64,000 nt of DNA from Desulfobacterales bacterium (GTDB lineage: Bacteria; Desulfobacterota; Desulfobacteria; Desulfobacterales; JANQIE01), in the NCBI GenBank assembly GCA_028282295.1, contig JANQIE010000147.1, positions 10,992-74,991 of the forward strand. The letters are read 5' to 3'. The position numbers and the translations under genes are program-made. Positions 47,655 to 58,008 of the stretch are shown here, one piece after another (position 1 is the first letter of the stretch; each line of letters starts with the position of its first letter). The notes beneath the pieces are model-generated. The model did not search any database. It saw nothing but the letters and a program-made list of their open reading frames with translations, and was not told the origin of the DNA.

Positions 47655-48785
47655 TCACGGTTCCAAGGTTTTAAGATACTCCAATTTACCGTCACGAACC
47701 ATCATTATCACGGCGCTTTTTACCGGATCGCCTTGATGATTAAAGGTGATCGTGCCCGTGACCCCTTGGTAGTTTTGCGTCTGCTTCAAGGCGTTTTTCA
47801 CGGTTGCCCGGTCGGTTGTCCCGGCCCGCCGTATCGCGTCAGCCAACAACATGGTGGCGTCATAGGCGAGCACGGTACCTACCTTGGGGGGTAAATCGGT
47901 CTTGTGATCAGCCAGAAACATTTTGGAAATTTCCGAATCGACCGACGGTGACCAGTGCGAACAAAAATAACCCAGTTTCAAATCCTTGCCGCCTTTATTC
48001 AGGAAAGTGCTGATCGACCAACCGTCGCCGCCCATGGGAATGGAAGTGATACCGGCATCCTGTGCCTTCTTGACAATATAGCCGCTTTCATCATGGCCGG
48101 AAAGGAACATAACATCCGCGGCGGCCTTTTTAGCTTGTCGAATTTGGTCGTTTAATTCAAGAAACTTTTTTTTGTACGCGATCTCATGCAGTACGGTGCC
48201 GCCCAGTTTCCTGAAATTCTCAATGAAAATTTTTGACAGACCAATGCTGTAATCACTCGTCAAGTCGATAAAAATAACCGCCGTGCGGGCGTGTAGATCT
48301 TCATACGCAAAACGGGCCATGACCTGGCCGACAAAAGTGTCTACAAAGCAGACCCGAAAAATATAATCGCCGATTCGCGTCACCTGCGGGTGGGTTGAAT
48401 AACTCGATATCATCGGTATCCCACGTTTCTGGGCGACCTTGGCAATCGCCAGTGAATACGAACTCCAGGCCGCCCCCACGATACCGACCGCACCTGTCGC
48501 AACAGCCGACTCTGCGGCAATGTGCGCACCGATAGGGGTGCTTTGATTGTCGATCAGGTGCAATTTGACTTGTCTGCCGAGCACGCCGCCGGATTGATTG
48601 AGTGAATCGACCGCCAGCCGAACACCCTTTACCGATTCCACCGAGGCATCCGCCGCCGCCCCGGTAATGCCGTAAATGGCAGCGATCGGGATGGTGTCCT
48701 GGGCGCCCACCACCTGCAGCGGTAATGTCAACAAAACAAATACAAATGAGACGAGTAAGGGCCACTTTTTCATAGAGCGAATCAT
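47655..48785 (-). CDS. periplasmic solute-binding protein, LivK/Peripla_BP_6 type (paralogue 1)
   Basis: Signal peptide. Typical IPIAAIYGITGAAA ... IVGAAWSS ... pattern. No permease or ATPase genes nearby. Confidence 0.85.
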   Translation of the reverse strand: MIRSMKKWPLLVSFVFVLLTLPLQVVGAQDTIPIAAIYGITGAAADASVESVKGVRLAVDSLNQSGGVLGRQVKLHLIDNQSTPIGAHIAAESAVATGAVGIVGAAWSSYSLAIAKVAQKRGIPMISSYSTHPQVTRIGDYIFRVCFVDTFVGQVMARFAYEDLHARTAVIFIDLTSDYSIGLSKIFIENFRKLGGTVLHEIAYKKKFLELNDQIRQAKKAAADVMFLSGHDESGYIVKKAQDAGITSIPMGGDGWSISTFLNKGGKDLKLGYFCSHWSPSVDSEISKMFLADHKTDLPPKVGTVLAYDATMLLADAIRRAGTTDRATVKNALKQTQNYQGVTGTITFNHQGDPVKSAVIMMVRDGKLEYLKTLEP

Positions 48786-48828
48786 TTTGCGTGTTACAAA
48801 TGAAATTGTATGATCGTACTTAAACCGA

Positions 48829-49953
48829 CTATGGATTTACGGTGGTTATAAATCGAGTCGCACCGTTTTCCAACTTTAGAATGATGACGCCTTTATCAAG
48901 CGGATCACCATTATCATCAAACGAGATATATCCGGTTGCCCCGGCAAAACGAACGGTGCCGGCGATGGCGTCGCGAATGAGGCGGCGATCCAGCGAACCG
49001 GCTCGCCGAATCGCATTGATCAGCAGCATCGTGGCGTCATAGGCCAGCGGCGCGCTCAAATTCTGCACTTTGGCGCCATACTTGGCTTGGTAAATTTTAA
49101 GTAGATGCTCACTTTGACGAAAGGGTACCCGGGGATGCCAGGGGGTGGAGTGGAAACTGCCGGCCGCCGCTTCCCCGGCAACGGACCAGATATCATCCCA
49201 GGCATCACCGCCCAAATAGATTGTATTGATGCCCATACCATTGGCTTGACGGATCAACAGGCCGCTGTCACGCGTATATCCGGGCACGTAGACCACATCG
49301 GGTTTGAGTTGCTTGATCCTTATTAAGATATCCGAAAAATCGACGGCTTTGCCGCGATACTCGCCTTCCCACAAAATACGCCCACCATCCGCGGCAAAAC
49401 CGGCCGTGAAAAACTCGGCCAGTTTGATGCTGTAGGCTTCGTCAATATTTTTTAGTACCACGGCGTTCGCGGCGTTCAGTCGTTCCCGGGCAAAGCGGGC
49501 CATGGCCTTGCCCTGAAATGAATCGACAAAACAGGCCCTGAAGATATAGTCTCCGATTTGCGTTACGCGCGGATTGGTTGAACCGGGACTTATCATTGGA
49601 ATACCGGCTTTTTGCAAAATCGGCCCAATCGCCAATGAATGACTGCTCCAGTGCGCACCGATAACCGCGGTAACATTCAACCGAACAGCCTCTTCTGCCG
49701 CCAGGGTCGAACCGATGGGAGTACTTTGATTGTCCAGGACAATCAACTCGACCGGACGGCCAAGGACCCCTCCCTGTCGATTAACCTCTTCGATGCCCAA
49801 TTCGACCATCGGCATCAAAGGGGCGTTATGGTTGGCGGCAATACCGGTTAGCGAGAAAATCGCCGCTACGCGAATCGGTTCAGCCGCTTGGGTGGAAAAG
49901 CTGAACAAAATGATGCCGATCAAGAGACCCATCATGATGATCTTGCGTCGCAT
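48829..49953 (-). CDS. periplasmic solute-binding protein, LivK/Peripla_BP_6 type (paralogue 2, most divergent)
   Basis: Signal peptide. IRVAAIFSLTGIAA ... VIGAHWSS ... pattern. Confidence 0.85.
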   Translation of the reverse strand: MRRKIIMMGLLIGIILFSFSTQAAEPIRVAAIFSLTGIAANHNAPLMPMVELGIEEVNRQGGVLGRPVELIVLDNQSTPIGSTLAAEEAVRLNVTAVIGAHWSSHSLAIGPILQKAGIPMISPGSTNPRVTQIGDYIFRACFVDSFQGKAMARFARERLNAANAVVLKNIDEAYSIKLAEFFTAGFAADGGRILWEGEYRGKAVDFSDILIRIKQLKPDVVYVPGYTRDSGLLIRQANGMGINTIYLGGDAWDDIWSVAGEAAAGSFHSTPWHPRVPFRQSEHLLKIYQAKYGAKVQNLSAPLAYDATMLLINAIRRAGSLDRRLIRDAIAGTVRFAGATGYISFDDNGDPLDKGVIILKLENGATRFITTVNP

Positions 49954-50071
49954 TGTTTGATTACCCTTTACCTAATTCAAAACGCGTTATCGTCACATTT
50001 TGTTAACATGCCTGATCGTTATTACCGGGCAGGCACACAAACTAACCTATCGGACAGAATTGCATTCGAAC

Positions 50072-51241
50072 CTAAAAAGGCTCCAGTGTTTTCAAATAAC
50101 CCCGCTTGCCATTGCGAATTTCCATAATCACGGCGCTTTTTACCGGGTCACCGGTCGTGTTGAACGCTATCTTGCCGGTAACGCCCTTATAGCCGGTGGT
50201 CCGGGCCAAGTGATCACGAACGATGTTTTTATCGACTGTACCGGCCCGCTTGATTGCATCACTTAGAACCATCACGGCATCATAAGCCAAAGCGGTGCCC
50301 ACGTTTGGCGGCAGCGCCGGGCTCAACTGGTCCATGAAGTTCCGCGAAGCCGCCGTTTTAACCGAAGGTGACCAGTGGGTGCAAAAATAGCCTCGTTGCA
50401 GATCTTTACCCCCCTTGTCCATAAATGCCTGGGTCGACCACCCATCACCGCCCAACGGAATTACTTTCAGGCCCGCCTGCTGGACAAGCTTGCCGATATA
50501 GGCGCTTTCATCATGGCCTGAAAGAAACATAACGTCGGCCGGGGTCCGGCCGGCCGACTGCAATAGGCGATCGTAATTGATCTGTTTCAGTTTATACTCG
50601 ATCTCCCCAACGACCAAGCCGCCGAAACCGGTGAAATGTTGCTTGAATATATTGGAAAGCGCAATGCTGTATTCGCTGCTTAAATCAGTAACAACAAGAG
50701 CGGTGCGGGCCTTCAAATCCTTGTGTGCGAAATGGGCCATTACCTTGCCGACAAATGTATCGGTGAAGCAAATACGGAAAATGTAGTCGCCGGTGCCTGT
50801 GACGTCCGGATGCGTGGAGTAAGATGAAATCATGGGGATCTGCTTATCCTGGGCCACTTTTGCGATTTGCAGTGAATGCGAGCTCCAGTCCGCACCGATC
50901 AACGCCACAACACCGGCTTCGGCGGCCTGCTCGGCGGCCACATAGGAACCGATGGGCGTACTCTGATTGTCCAACACCAGTACGTCAATGGGGCGTCCCA
51001 ACAATCCCCCGCGGCGGTTGAGAATATCCACGGCCATCCGCACGCCTCGCACGGATTCCGCGTTGGCTTCAGCCGCTGCGCCGGAAAGCGCATAAACCGC
51101 CCCGATCTTGATCGGTGTTTGGGCATGGACCGGCAAGAGCCCGGACACCCCTAATACCAACAAAAAAACAACATGCCACCGCCCGACGCGCCGACGAACG
51201 ACTGGAATCGCCCTTTTTAGCTGTCTACTCATTAGACGCAT
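50072..51241 (-). CDS. periplasmic solute-binding protein, LivK/Peripla_BP_6 type (paralogue 3, closest to paralogue 1)
   Basis: GGGAGG RBS before ATG 51241; the track start at 51400 is rejected. C-terminus DPVKSAVIMEIRNGKRGYLKTLEPF is nearly identical to that of paralogue 1. Confidence 0.8.
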   Translation of the reverse strand: MRLMSRQLKRAIPVVRRRVGRWHVVFLLVLGVSGLLPVHAQTPIKIGAVYALSGAAAEANAESVRGVRMAVDILNRRGGLLGRPIDVLVLDNQSTPIGSYVAAEQAAEAGVVALIGADWSSHSLQIAKVAQDKQIPMISSYSTHPDVTGTGDYIFRICFTDTFVGKVMAHFAHKDLKARTALVVTDLSSEYSIALSNIFKQHFTGFGGLVVGEIEYKLKQINYDRLLQSAGRTPADVMFLSGHDESAYIGKLVQQAGLKVIPLGGDGWSTQAFMDKGGKDLQRGYFCTHWSPSVKTAASRNFMDQLSPALPPNVGTALAYDAVMVLSDAIKRAGTVDKNIVRDHLARTTGYKGVTGKIAFNTTGDPVKSAVIMEIRNGKRGYLKTLEPF

Positions 51242-51626
51242 TGATCGCCTCCCAAAGATATAAAAAAGAACCTGGGGATTCATTGACGGCCACATCGGCA
51301 AAACACCGCCCGAGCCCTTGATAACGAGCTGTTCCGTGATCGGCAAAAATGCGAAAATAGAAAAACAAACCGTTAACGTGTTAACGTTGCCTGTGAACAT
51401 TGGTACGATTATAGTACCACCATAACATGAACACGCTGAACACTCAAAACCCCTTTAAAGGGATTGGAGAGACTAACTACCGTACTTTATAAATAAAACC
51501 GCACATGTTTCTATTAATTCGTCATTTAGCCCATCTAACTTTAATGGAGGCCACACAGTAACCCCGCCGTAAACCGTTACCGGTTCTCAAGGCCCGGAAC
51601 AATGCTGCACTGCAAATCGGTGGCTG

Positions 51627-53081
51627 TTAAATACCCGCCATGCAAAGATATTTTATCTCCAGGTAGTCTTCGATGCCGTAGCGGGATCCCTCGCGACCAA
51701 TCCCCGATTCCTTGAGGCCGCCGAACGGGGCGACTTCCGATGAAATCAAACCGGAATTGACACCCACCAGGCCGTACTCCAGGGCTTCACACATGCGCCA
51801 GACCCTTCCCAGGTCCCGGCTGTAAAAATAGGCCGCCAATCCAAAAAGCGTGTCATTGGCCAGCTTCAGCGCCTCCTGCTCCGTACTGAAACGAAACAGC
51901 GGCGCCACCGGACCGAATGTTTCTTCCCTGAAAATGACCATCTCAGGATTAGCTTCGCCAAGAACAGTAGGTTGGAAAAAGGTGCCGCCCAATTCGTGGC
52001 GCTTACCGCCGGTCAGCAGCTTGGCCCCTTTGGCCAGCGCGTCTTCGATTTGGGCCTCGACCTTGGTCACGGCATTTTCATCGATCAACGGGCCCTGCTC
52101 GGCGCCTTTCTGCAGACCATCAGCGACCTGCAAACGTTCAGCCGCCTGAACCAATTTTTCACTGAACACGTCATACACCCCGTCCTGGATCAGAAACCGG
52201 TTGGCGCACACACAGGTCTGGCCGGTGTTGCGATATTTGGATACCAGCGCCCCATCCACGGCGGCGTCCACATCCGCGTCATCAAAAACGATAAACGGCG
52301 CATGACCGCCCAACTCCATGGAGACCTTCTTGACCGTGCCGGCCGCTTGGCGCAACAACACTTTGCCCACCTCAGTAGAGCCGGTAAACGTAATTTTGCG
52401 AACCAACGTATGGGTGGCCAGTTCGGTCCCGATGGCCCGGGCATCACCGGTGATAATATTCAGGACGCCGGCCGGGATACCGGCACGATGGGCCAATTCG
52501 GCCAGGGCCAGGGCTGAAAACGGCGTTTGGCTCGCCGGCTTGATCACCATGGTGCATCCGGCGGCCAGAGCCGGCGCCGCCTTGCGGGTGATCATGGCGG
52601 CGGGAAAATTCCAGGGCGTGATCGCCGCGCAAACCCCCACCGGCTCCTTGATTACCACGATCCGCCGGTCGCCTTGAGCTGCGGGAATCGTATCGCCATA
52701 AACCCGTTTGCCCTCCTCGGCAAACCACTCGATAAAGGACGCGGCATAGGCGATTTCCCCTTGCGCCTCGGTTAGCGGTTTGCCCTGCTCCGCGGTCATC
52801 AACTCCGCCAGATCCTGCTGATGCTGCAACAAAAGATCGAACCAGCGCCGCAACACGGCGGCGCGCTCCTTGGCGCTGACCTGTCGCCAACCGGCCCACG
52901 CCTCGTGGGCGGCCTCGATAGCGCGTTGGGCTTCCTGCGCCCCCATGGCGGGCACCGTACCGAGCCGCTCACCAGTGGCCGGATTAAAAACATCAAGCGT
53001 CGCCTCATTATCGGCCGCCTGCCACTCACCATTGATGTAACACTGCTGCTTGAGCAAAGAGCTGTCATTTAACGTGATCAT
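51627..53081 (-). CDS. gabD: NAD(P)-dependent succinate-semialdehyde dehydrogenase (ALDH family)
   Basis: ALDH motifs [16 protein letters not shown], catalytic GQTCVCANR. The overall N-terminal pattern resembles GabD. Substrate assignment is inference. Confidence 0.7.
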   Translation of the reverse strand: MITLNDSSLLKQQCYINGEWQAADNEATLDVFNPATGERLGTVPAMGAQEAQRAIEAAHEAWAGWRQVSAKERAAVLRRWFDLLLQHQQDLAELMTAEQGKPLTEAQGEIAYAASFIEWFAEEGKRVYGDTIPAAQGDRRIVVIKEPVGVCAAITPWNFPAAMITRKAAPALAAGCTMVIKPASQTPFSALALAELAHRAGIPAGVLNIITGDARAIGTELATHTLVRKITFTGSTEVGKVLLRQAAGTVKKVSMELGGHAPFIVFDDADVDAAVDGALVSKYRNTGQTCVCANRFLIQDGVYDVFSEKLVQAAERLQVADGLQKGAEQGPLIDENAVTKVEAQIEDALAKGAKLLTGGKRHELGGTFFQPTVLGEANPEMVIFREETFGPVAPLFRFSTEQEALKLANDTLFGLAAYFYSRDLGRVWRMCEALEYGLVGVNSGLISSEVAPFGGLKESGIGREGSRYGIEDYLEIKYLCMAGI

Positions 53082-53184
53082 TTGAAATTCCTTTTTCGTC
53101 GAAAGTCGCTAAAGATTTGATGCTTCAGTTATGGTTCAGGAGGCAAATGCGCGGGAAGGGTCACAAAAGGCGGGCGGCAAACAC

Positions 53185-53958
53185 TCAACCGATCTTTTGG
53201 CGAACCCTCGCCTCAAGCCATTCAAGCCAGGGCTCGAAGCCTTGTTCGGTCTTGGCCGAAAGTTCTATAGCCGGCATTCCCGGATGAACCTGCTCAATGT
53301 AGCGCTTCACCAAGTCCATGTCAAAATCGAGATAGGGCAGCAAATCGATCTTGTTTAACAGCGCCAGGTCGCATGCACGGAACATGACCGGATATTTGGC
53401 CGGTTTATCTTCGCCCTCGGTGACACTGAGCACCACCACACGGGCATCCTCCCCAATATCAAACTCAGCCGGACAAACCAGATTGCCGACATTTTCAACA
53501 ATCAACAGATCGATGGCATCCAGGTCGATATCGGCGGCGGCCTTCTCGATCACATGGGCAGCCAAATGACAATCGCCACCGAATTGATCGGTGTTCACCT
53601 GGACCACCGGCGCGCCCGAACGGGCCAACCGGTCGGCATCGTTGGTGGTGCAGATATCGCCGACAATAACCGCACTAGGGATTTTAGCGATGATGCGGTT
53701 GAGGGTCGTTTCCAGGGTCGTGGTCTTTCCGGAGCCGGGACTGCTCATGACATTGAGGACAAAGACCCGCTTGGCGGCAAACAGCCGCCGGTTGGCGTCG
53801 GCCATTTTTTCGTTCACACTCAGTACCCGCTGGACCACTTTGATTTTGCGCGACCCGGACGAAGCCGCAGGCGCCTGTGCGCCGGTCCCGGATTCATGCC
53901 CCTGGTGAAGTCGAACCTTGTTGTGAAACAGATCAACCATCATCGCTATTGCTTTCAT
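53185..53958 (-). CDS. hypB: hydrogenase nickel incorporation GTPase HypB
   Basis: P-loop SSPGSGKTT, CH motif GDCHL, ENVGNLVCP. The start may be one of three ATGs at 53958/53943/53940, all overlapping the hypA stop. Confidence 0.9.
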   Translation of the reverse strand: MKAIAMMVDLFHNKVRLHQGHESGTGAQAPAASSGSRKIKVVQRVLSVNEKMADANRRLFAAKRVFVLNVMSSPGSGKTTTLETTLNRIIAKIPSAVIVGDICTTNDADRLARSGAPVVQVNTDQFGGDCHLAAHVIEKAAADIDLDAIDLLIVENVGNLVCPAEFDIGEDARVVVLSVTEGEDKPAKYPVMFRACDLALLNKIDLLPYLDFDMDLVKRYIEQVHPGMPAIELSAKTEQGFEPWLEWLEARVRQKIG

Positions 53959-54301
53959 CCTTTATTTCAATCGAATCGACGGCCAATTCGCGGCCCGACA
54001 ACACGTCAATGGCGCCGCCGTCACAGGCCGGGCAACTAAATACCGGATTGGCCAGTGTCCATTGGTGGCGGCAGTCGTTGCAACGCGCCGTAACCGGTAT
54101 CTTTTCGATGTGCAGCACCGCACCGTCCAACGCCGTATCTTTAACCGCGATCTCAAAACAAAACCGCAGACTATCCGCAACCACCGCCGACAGTTTGCCG
54201 ATCTTCAGATTGATCCGTTCAATCGGCGCCCCCTTGGCGTCTTCAGGTAACGACGCCTTGACGATGTCGATAATCTGCAGTGCGATACCCATTTCATGCA
54301 T
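53933..54301 (-). CDS. hypA: hydrogenase nickel insertion protein HypA
   Basis: MHEMGIALQII start and C..C ... C..C zinc site (CNDC, CPAC). The track start at 54385 is rejected. Confidence 0.9.
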   Translation of the reverse strand: MHEMGIALQIIDIVKASLPEDAKGAPIERINLKIGKLSAVVADSLRFCFEIAVKDTALDGAVLHIEKIPVTARCNDCRHQWTLANPVFSCPACDGGAIDVLSGRELAVDSIEIKDESNSDDG

Positions 54302-54465
54302 ACGGGTCCAAAACCTCGGAAGGATTTCCGGATTCACGGCATCAGCCGGATTGCCGTCACAAACGCATTGGGAAATGACACTCAATCACATAGCATTTTC
54401 ATCCGGCCTTGAGAACATCAAAAAGAAATTACGAACCGGACACTTTGAACAGGTTGCGTTACCGA

Positions 54466-55344
54466 TCACGCCTTGAAGATACCGGCGCACATCTTCCCGA
54501 GGGTGCCCAGGTTTTCGCACACATGAATGCCGGCGGCCGACATGGCCTCAATCTTGGCCTGGGCCGTGCCGCTGCCGCCGCTGATAATGGCACCGGCATG
54601 TCCCATGCGCCGGCCGGGAGGTGCCGTCAAGCCGGCGATAAATCCGACCACCGGCTTGGAGACCTGGGCGGTGATAAACTCACACGCCTCTTCCTCGGCA
54701 TTGCCGCCGATTTCACCCACCATCACGATCCCTTCGGTTTCGGGATCATCCTGAAACGCAGCCAGGCAATCGATAAAATTGGTGCCGTTGACCGGATCGC
54801 CGCCAATACCGATGCAGGTGGTCTGACCGATCCCTTGCAGGGTCAACTGATGCACCACCTCATAGGTCAGGGTGCCGCTACGCGACACGACCCCGATGGG
54901 ACCGCCCGGCTTGTGGATCGGTCCGGGCATGATCCCGATCTTGCACGCGCCCGGTGTGATGATCCCGGGGCAGTTCGGGCCGATGAGCCGCACCGGCTTG
55001 CCCTGCAAATAATTCTTGACCTTCATCATGTCCATTACCGGAATCCCTTCGGTGATGGCCACAATCAAGTCAACACCCCCGTCAGCCGCCTCCATAATCG
55101 CATCGGCGGCAAACGGCGGCGGTACAAAAATCATGCTGGCATTGGCGCCGGTCGCCTGCACCGCCGCTTTGACCGAATTGAACACCGGCACATCATCCAT
55201 CTTCTGTCCGCCTTTGCCCGGCGTGACCCCGGCCACGACCCGGGTGCCATATTCAACACACTGGCGGGTATGAAACTGCCCTTCTCTACCGGTAATGCCC
55301 TGAACCAGCAGCTTGGTATTTTTATCTACGAAAATGCTCATCAT
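54466..55344 (-). CDS. sucD: succinate--CoA ligase subunit alpha
   Basis: GITGREG, phosphohistidine loop [16 protein letters not shown]. Confidence 0.95.
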   Translation of the reverse strand: MMSIFVDKNTKLLVQGITGREGQFHTRQCVEYGTRVVAGVTPGKGGQKMDDVPVFNSVKAAVQATGANASMIFVPPPFAADAIMEAADGGVDLIVAITEGIPVMDMMKVKNYLQGKPVRLIGPNCPGIITPGACKIGIMPGPIHKPGGPIGVVSRSGTLTYEVVHQLTLQGIGQTTCIGIGGDPVNGTNFIDCLAAFQDDPETEGIVMVGEIGGNAEEEACEFITAQVSKPVVGFIAGLTAPPGRRMGHAGAIISGGSGTAQAKIEAMSAAGIHVCENLGTLGKMCAGIFKA

Positions 55345-55360
55345 TCAACCTCATCGGGTA

Positions 55361-55453
55361 ATCTCAAATTTAAAAATCCAAATGGCAATTGAATGTCAAA
55401 TACCAAAGTTCAAATGTGATCAGACACCCCATCTTCTCCGAATTTGACATTTA
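55361..55453. repeat. AT-rich repeat filling the sucC-sucD spacer
   Basis: CAAAT/TTGAA-rich sequence with inverted AATGTCAAA (55392-55400) / TTTGACATT (55444-55452). It occupies most of an unusually long 109-nt gap between sucC and sucD. Confidence 0.55.
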
Positions 55454-56614
55454 TTACGCTACCATCCGGGCAACTTTGCCCGCCGCGTCGGCCAGGTCCA
55501 CCGCCGTGGTCAGGTTCAGACCCGATTCGGCCAGAATCTGGCGCCCCTTTTCCACGTTGGTCCCTTCCATGCGCACCACCACCGACACATTCAGGCCCAC
55601 CTTTTGGGCGGCCTGGACAACCCCTTCGGCCAGCACGTCGCAGCGTAAAATGCCGCCGAAAATATTGATCAGGATGCCCTTGACATTCGGGTCGCTCAAG
55701 ATGATACGAAACCCGTTTTCAACCATCTCGGCACTGGCTCCGCCGCCCACATCCAGAAAATTGGCCGGTTCGGCCCCGGCCAGTTTAATAATATCCATGG
55801 TCGCCATCGCCAGTCCGGCACCATTGACCATGTTGCCCACATTGCCGTCCAGGTTGATGTAATTCAAATTGAATCTGGAGGCTTCCACTTCCAGGGGATC
55901 CTCTTCGTCAATGTCGCGCATTTCCAAAATATCCTTATGGCGGTAAAGCGCGTTGTCATCGAAGGTCACCTTGGCGTCCAGCGCCAATACCTGGTCATCG
56001 GCAGTAAGCACCAGCGGGTTGATCTCCACCAGGGAACAGTCGTAATCGACAAAGAGTTTAAACAGACCGCTGAGCAATTGCATAAACGGTTTGACGGCAG
56101 CAGGTGGCAGATTCAAGCCAAAGGCCGCCTCGCGGCAATGATACGGTTGCAGGCCGGCCAAGGGATCGACCGATACTTTGATGATCTTTTCCGGTGTTTT
56201 TGCAGCCACCTCCTCAATGTCCATCCCGCCGGCCTCGCTGGCCATGATCACATGCTGGGCCGTGGCCCGATCCGGGATGATGCTCAAATACAGCTCCTTG
56301 GCAATATCAAGCCCCTGCTCCACCAGCACCTTCTTCACCGGTTGGCCGGCCGGGCCGGTTTGATGCGTGACCAGATTCATCCCGATAATCGTGTCGGCCA
56401 GATATTGGGCTTCATCCAGCGATTGCGCCAGTTTCACCCCGCCCCCCTTGCCGCGGCCGCCGGCGTGAATCTGGGCTTTGACGACCACCGGCAACGAACC
56501 CAGATTTTCAGCCGCCTGCCGGGCCTCGGCGGCCGAAAAGGCAACCCCGCCCCCAGGTACCGGGATATTGTACTTCCTGAACAGTTCCTTGGCCTGATAC
56601 TCGTGAATTTTCAT
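55454..56614 (-). CDS. sucC: succinate--CoA ligase subunit beta (ADP-forming)
   Basis: [12 protein letters not shown] start. ATP-grasp and CoA-ligase regions ([10 protein letters not shown]). Confidence 0.95.
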   Translation of the reverse strand: MKIHEYQAKELFRKYNIPVPGGGVAFSAAEARQAAENLGSLPVVVKAQIHAGGRGKGGGVKLAQSLDEAQYLADTIIGMNLVTHQTGPAGQPVKKVLVEQGLDIAKELYLSIIPDRATAQHVIMASEAGGMDIEEVAAKTPEKIIKVSVDPLAGLQPYHCREAAFGLNLPPAAVKPFMQLLSGLFKLFVDYDCSLVEINPLVLTADDQVLALDAKVTFDDNALYRHKDILEMRDIDEEDPLEVEASRFNLNYINLDGNVGNMVNGAGLAMATMDIIKLAGAEPANFLDVGGGASAEMVENGFRIILSDPNVKGILINIFGGILRCDVLAEGVVQAAQKVGLNVSVVVRMEGTNVEKGRQILAESGLNLTTAVDLADAAGKVARMVA

Positions 56615-56818
56615 GGGTGCACCTCTTGGTTTAACGCTTACAATGAAAATTTTATTTTACTTCTGGTTTCCGAATTTATCTGGTCTGGTTTTATTGAATA
56701 GAAAGGGCGTCCTTAGTCTAGCGGTTAGAGATGTGAAAAATTGCGAACTGTGGTGGGTATCGGACACCGAGCGCCCTGCTTCAACCGCGACTGATGCAAG
56801 TCGAACTGAAAGCCAATG

Positions 56819-57199
56819 CTAGCGGTTTGAGACTTCTATTGGTATCGTTTCATAATTTATATTTCTGAGGTCTTCGCTTCCGTAAGCAATAAATAGCTTC
56901 TCGCCACTAATAACGAGCTTGGAAACGGGCCCCTTAGTGGAATCGATATGAGCCATCGCCCTTGGTGGTATATCGGGTTGCGCACAATCATCGAAGACTG
57001 GAGTTCCCTCGTAAATCTCGTAAAAGCTTTCTTTTTCTTGAAAGCCGGATATTCTTAGATATAGATTATAATTCTCATCCTTTATCTCAAAGGTTTTTAG
57101 ATGCTTGACACTATCTGATGCAATGCATCTCTTTTCATTTAAACAAGCTGCGAATGTAATTGTCGACAAAAAAAATATTGTAACAATAAGCATTCTCAT
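56819..57199 (-). CDS. hypothetical small exported protein, possibly a lipoprotein (AT-rich island gene 2)
   Basis: MRMLIVTIFFLSTITFAAC... is a hydrophobic signal with a Cys in a lipobox-like position. Strong AT bias. Start 57199 or 57193; the track start at 57232 overlaps the upstream gene. Confidence 0.5.
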   Translation of the reverse strand: MRMLIVTIFFLSTITFAACLNEKRCIASDSVKHLKTFEIKDENYNLYLRISGFQEKESFYEIYEGTPVFDDCAQPDIPPRAMAHIDSTKGPVSKLVISGEKLFIAYGSEDLRNINYETIPIEVSNR

Positions 57200-57210
57200 T
57201 GTTCTTTTCT

Positions 57211-58008
57211 CTATCCCCAGGTTTCTGTCCATTCTGCGAAATAATTAAAATTTTTTGTAACACCTATATGGGTCAAATGCTGAGATAACCCGTCAGGCAT
57301 TTTAAGGATAAAGCCCTGTGTCAGCGGTATTTCGGTAATATAGTTTTTTGAAGAAAACGGCTCGAAATCATACACGCTTTTTACGCTCCAACTGGAAATA
57401 AATACCGTTCTGCTCTTTGTTGTATTAGCCTCAATGAAAAACCTATGATCAGTATTCTTTAGCCGCATATTGTTTTGTTCTGCCAAAAGAGCGCCATTAT
57501 CAAGTAAGTATCCTTGCGTAAAAATATTTCTTTTATTTAATTTTAATTCACTTGCTTGGCTAGATACCAGAAAAAATGGGTCGTTTGTGGTGAGAAACAT
57601 AAATGTTTTATTATTGAATGCTTGTAAACTGATATATTTTTTTAGCGCATCAATCGTGTCTTTTACAATCACAGAGTCTTTATAAACATTTTCATCTATT
57701 CTGATGGTTTTGCCATTACCGTTGACATAATGGTCAGCAAGCTTTGCAGCAGCTCTATATCCGTGATATTGACCACCCCACCATAAGGCTTCGAATAGCT
57801 CTTTCATAAATTCCTTTTCGTCATTTGTGAAAGGCTTATTTTGCTGTGCCTTGCATGTCAAGTAATCGACTGAGTTTTGCAAAAGGTCGTAGCTCTGTTG
57901 TGATTCAAATACGGCAACTTTTCCCATATGCCATAGCGGCGCACCCGGAATTTTTTCTCTTTGACCTATAATTTGGTTACACTTTTGTAACAAATTGTTT
58001 ATACTCAT
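57211..58008 (-). CDS. hypothetical protein, 265 aa, no signal peptide (AT-rich island gene 1)
   Basis: Long uninterrupted ORF in a locally AT-rich segment, where stop codons should be frequent. No motif recognised. Confidence 0.55.
   Translation of the reverse strand: MSINNLLQKCNQIIGQREKIPGAPLWHMGKVAVFESQQSYDLLQNSVDYLTCKAQQNKPFTNDEKEFMKELFEALWWGGQYHGYRAAAKLADHYVNGNGKTIRIDENVYKDSVIVKDTIDALKKYISLQAFNNKTFMFLTTNDPFFLVSSQASELKLNKRNIFTQGYLLDNGALLAEQNNMRLKNTDHRFFIEANTTKSRTVFISSWSVKSVYDFEPFSSKNYITEIPLTQGFILKMPDGLSQHLTHIGVTKNFNYFAEWTETWG

Noticed and set aside
51399-51420. TGGTACGATTATAGTACCA as a sigma-54 promoter
   Set aside because: It has GG at the right place but lacks the GC of the -12 element in either orientation (TCGT / TAGT). 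It is better explained as a symmetric operator-like palindrome.
54409-55392. 327-aa plus-strand ORF; also similar ORFs at 55937-56701, 62280-62957 and 63066-63845
   Set aside because: All lie antisense to strongly supported genes (sucD, sucC, meaB, mutase). They show the Arg/Gly/His-rich composition of GC-rich shadow frames.
56705-56776. tRNA-like sequence GGGCGTCCTTAGTCTAGCGGTTAGAG...CGAGCGCCC next to the AT-rich island
   Set aside because: The 5' part resembles an acceptor stem plus D-arm, and the ends can pair for 5-6 bp. However, I could not fold a D stem, an anticodon stem or a 7-nt T loop, so it is not a functional tRNA. It may be a decayed tRNA or att remnant marking the island border, which is worth a tRNAscan/ARAGORN check.
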